From positions 1-64,000 of the forward strand of contig DF237364.1 in NCBI GenBank assembly GCA_000708835.1: a DNA stretch of 64,000 nt. Reading direction: 5' to 3'. The stretch is from Klebsormidium nitens (lineage: Eukaryota; Plantae; Klebsormidiophyceae). The notes beneath the pieces were generated by a model. The model saw nothing but the letters and a program-made list of their open reading frames with translations, had not been told where the DNA came from and made no database searches. The position numbers and the translations under genes were made by a program. This document shows, piece after piece, positions 63,785 through 64,000 of the stretch. Numbering within the stretch: the stretch's first letter is position 1; each line of letters starts with the position of its first letter.

Positions 63785-64000
63785 CTGCGCGGCACAATGG
63801 TAGGAGTTTACAGAGGACGTAGGCCTGTTGCAATAAAGGAGTGCTCGCGTCGACCAACTGCTGAGCAGAAAAGCTGACGCCTGGAAAAGCCAGTCGAGGA
63901 AGCCAGTTTCTTACAATCTTTCTGGTTGAATGAAGTACATTTGTTGGTGTAGGGGATGAAAGCTGTACTTCGGCTCCCGACGACAGCCGCTGCTCACCAA

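Noticed and set aside
62905-63857. ORFs 62905-63201 and 63519-63857
   Set aside because: No recognisable motifs. The real coding frame at 63671-63784 is a different one (SUVH).

Overview
Eukaryotic nuclear DNA, probably from a streptophyte alga of the Klebsormidium type. This host call is an inference from the plant-like PP4, IDI, PSF1 and SUVH proteins, GT-AG introns, telo-boxes and a TTLL gene. The window has three zones. (1) 1-1.9 kb: the 5' part of a host-type gene carrying two simple satellites. 1.98-9.35 kb: a dense, intronless, fully open cassette of 7 ORFs that reads as an endogenous giant-virus (Nucleocytoviricota) fragment. It encodes an A32-like packaging ATPase, a Bro-N/T5orf172/NUMOD1 protein, a zinc ribbon-LAGLIDADG-dUTPase fusion lacking its catalytic residues, a secreted ricin-B lectin and orphan ORFs. 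Three of its genes share a TGAG-N1-3-AGAGT motif 15-16 nt before the ATG. (2) 9.5-33 kb: decayed, intronless, duplicated ubiquitin-ligase adaptor genes (several F-box remnants, a SKIP16/FBXO3-like pseudogene, one intact BTB gene) separated by GCGCGC-rich islands. (3) 33.5-64 kb: ordinary intron-rich genes (a plastid-targeted unknown, TTLL, PP4 catalytic subunit, GINS PSF1, IDI, 3' end of SUVH) and a TA-flanked MITE. One PSF1 exon is flanked by tandem copies of its own splice junctions. No rRNA, tRNA or CRISPR array was recognised. All family calls come from motif reading by eye; no database search was run.
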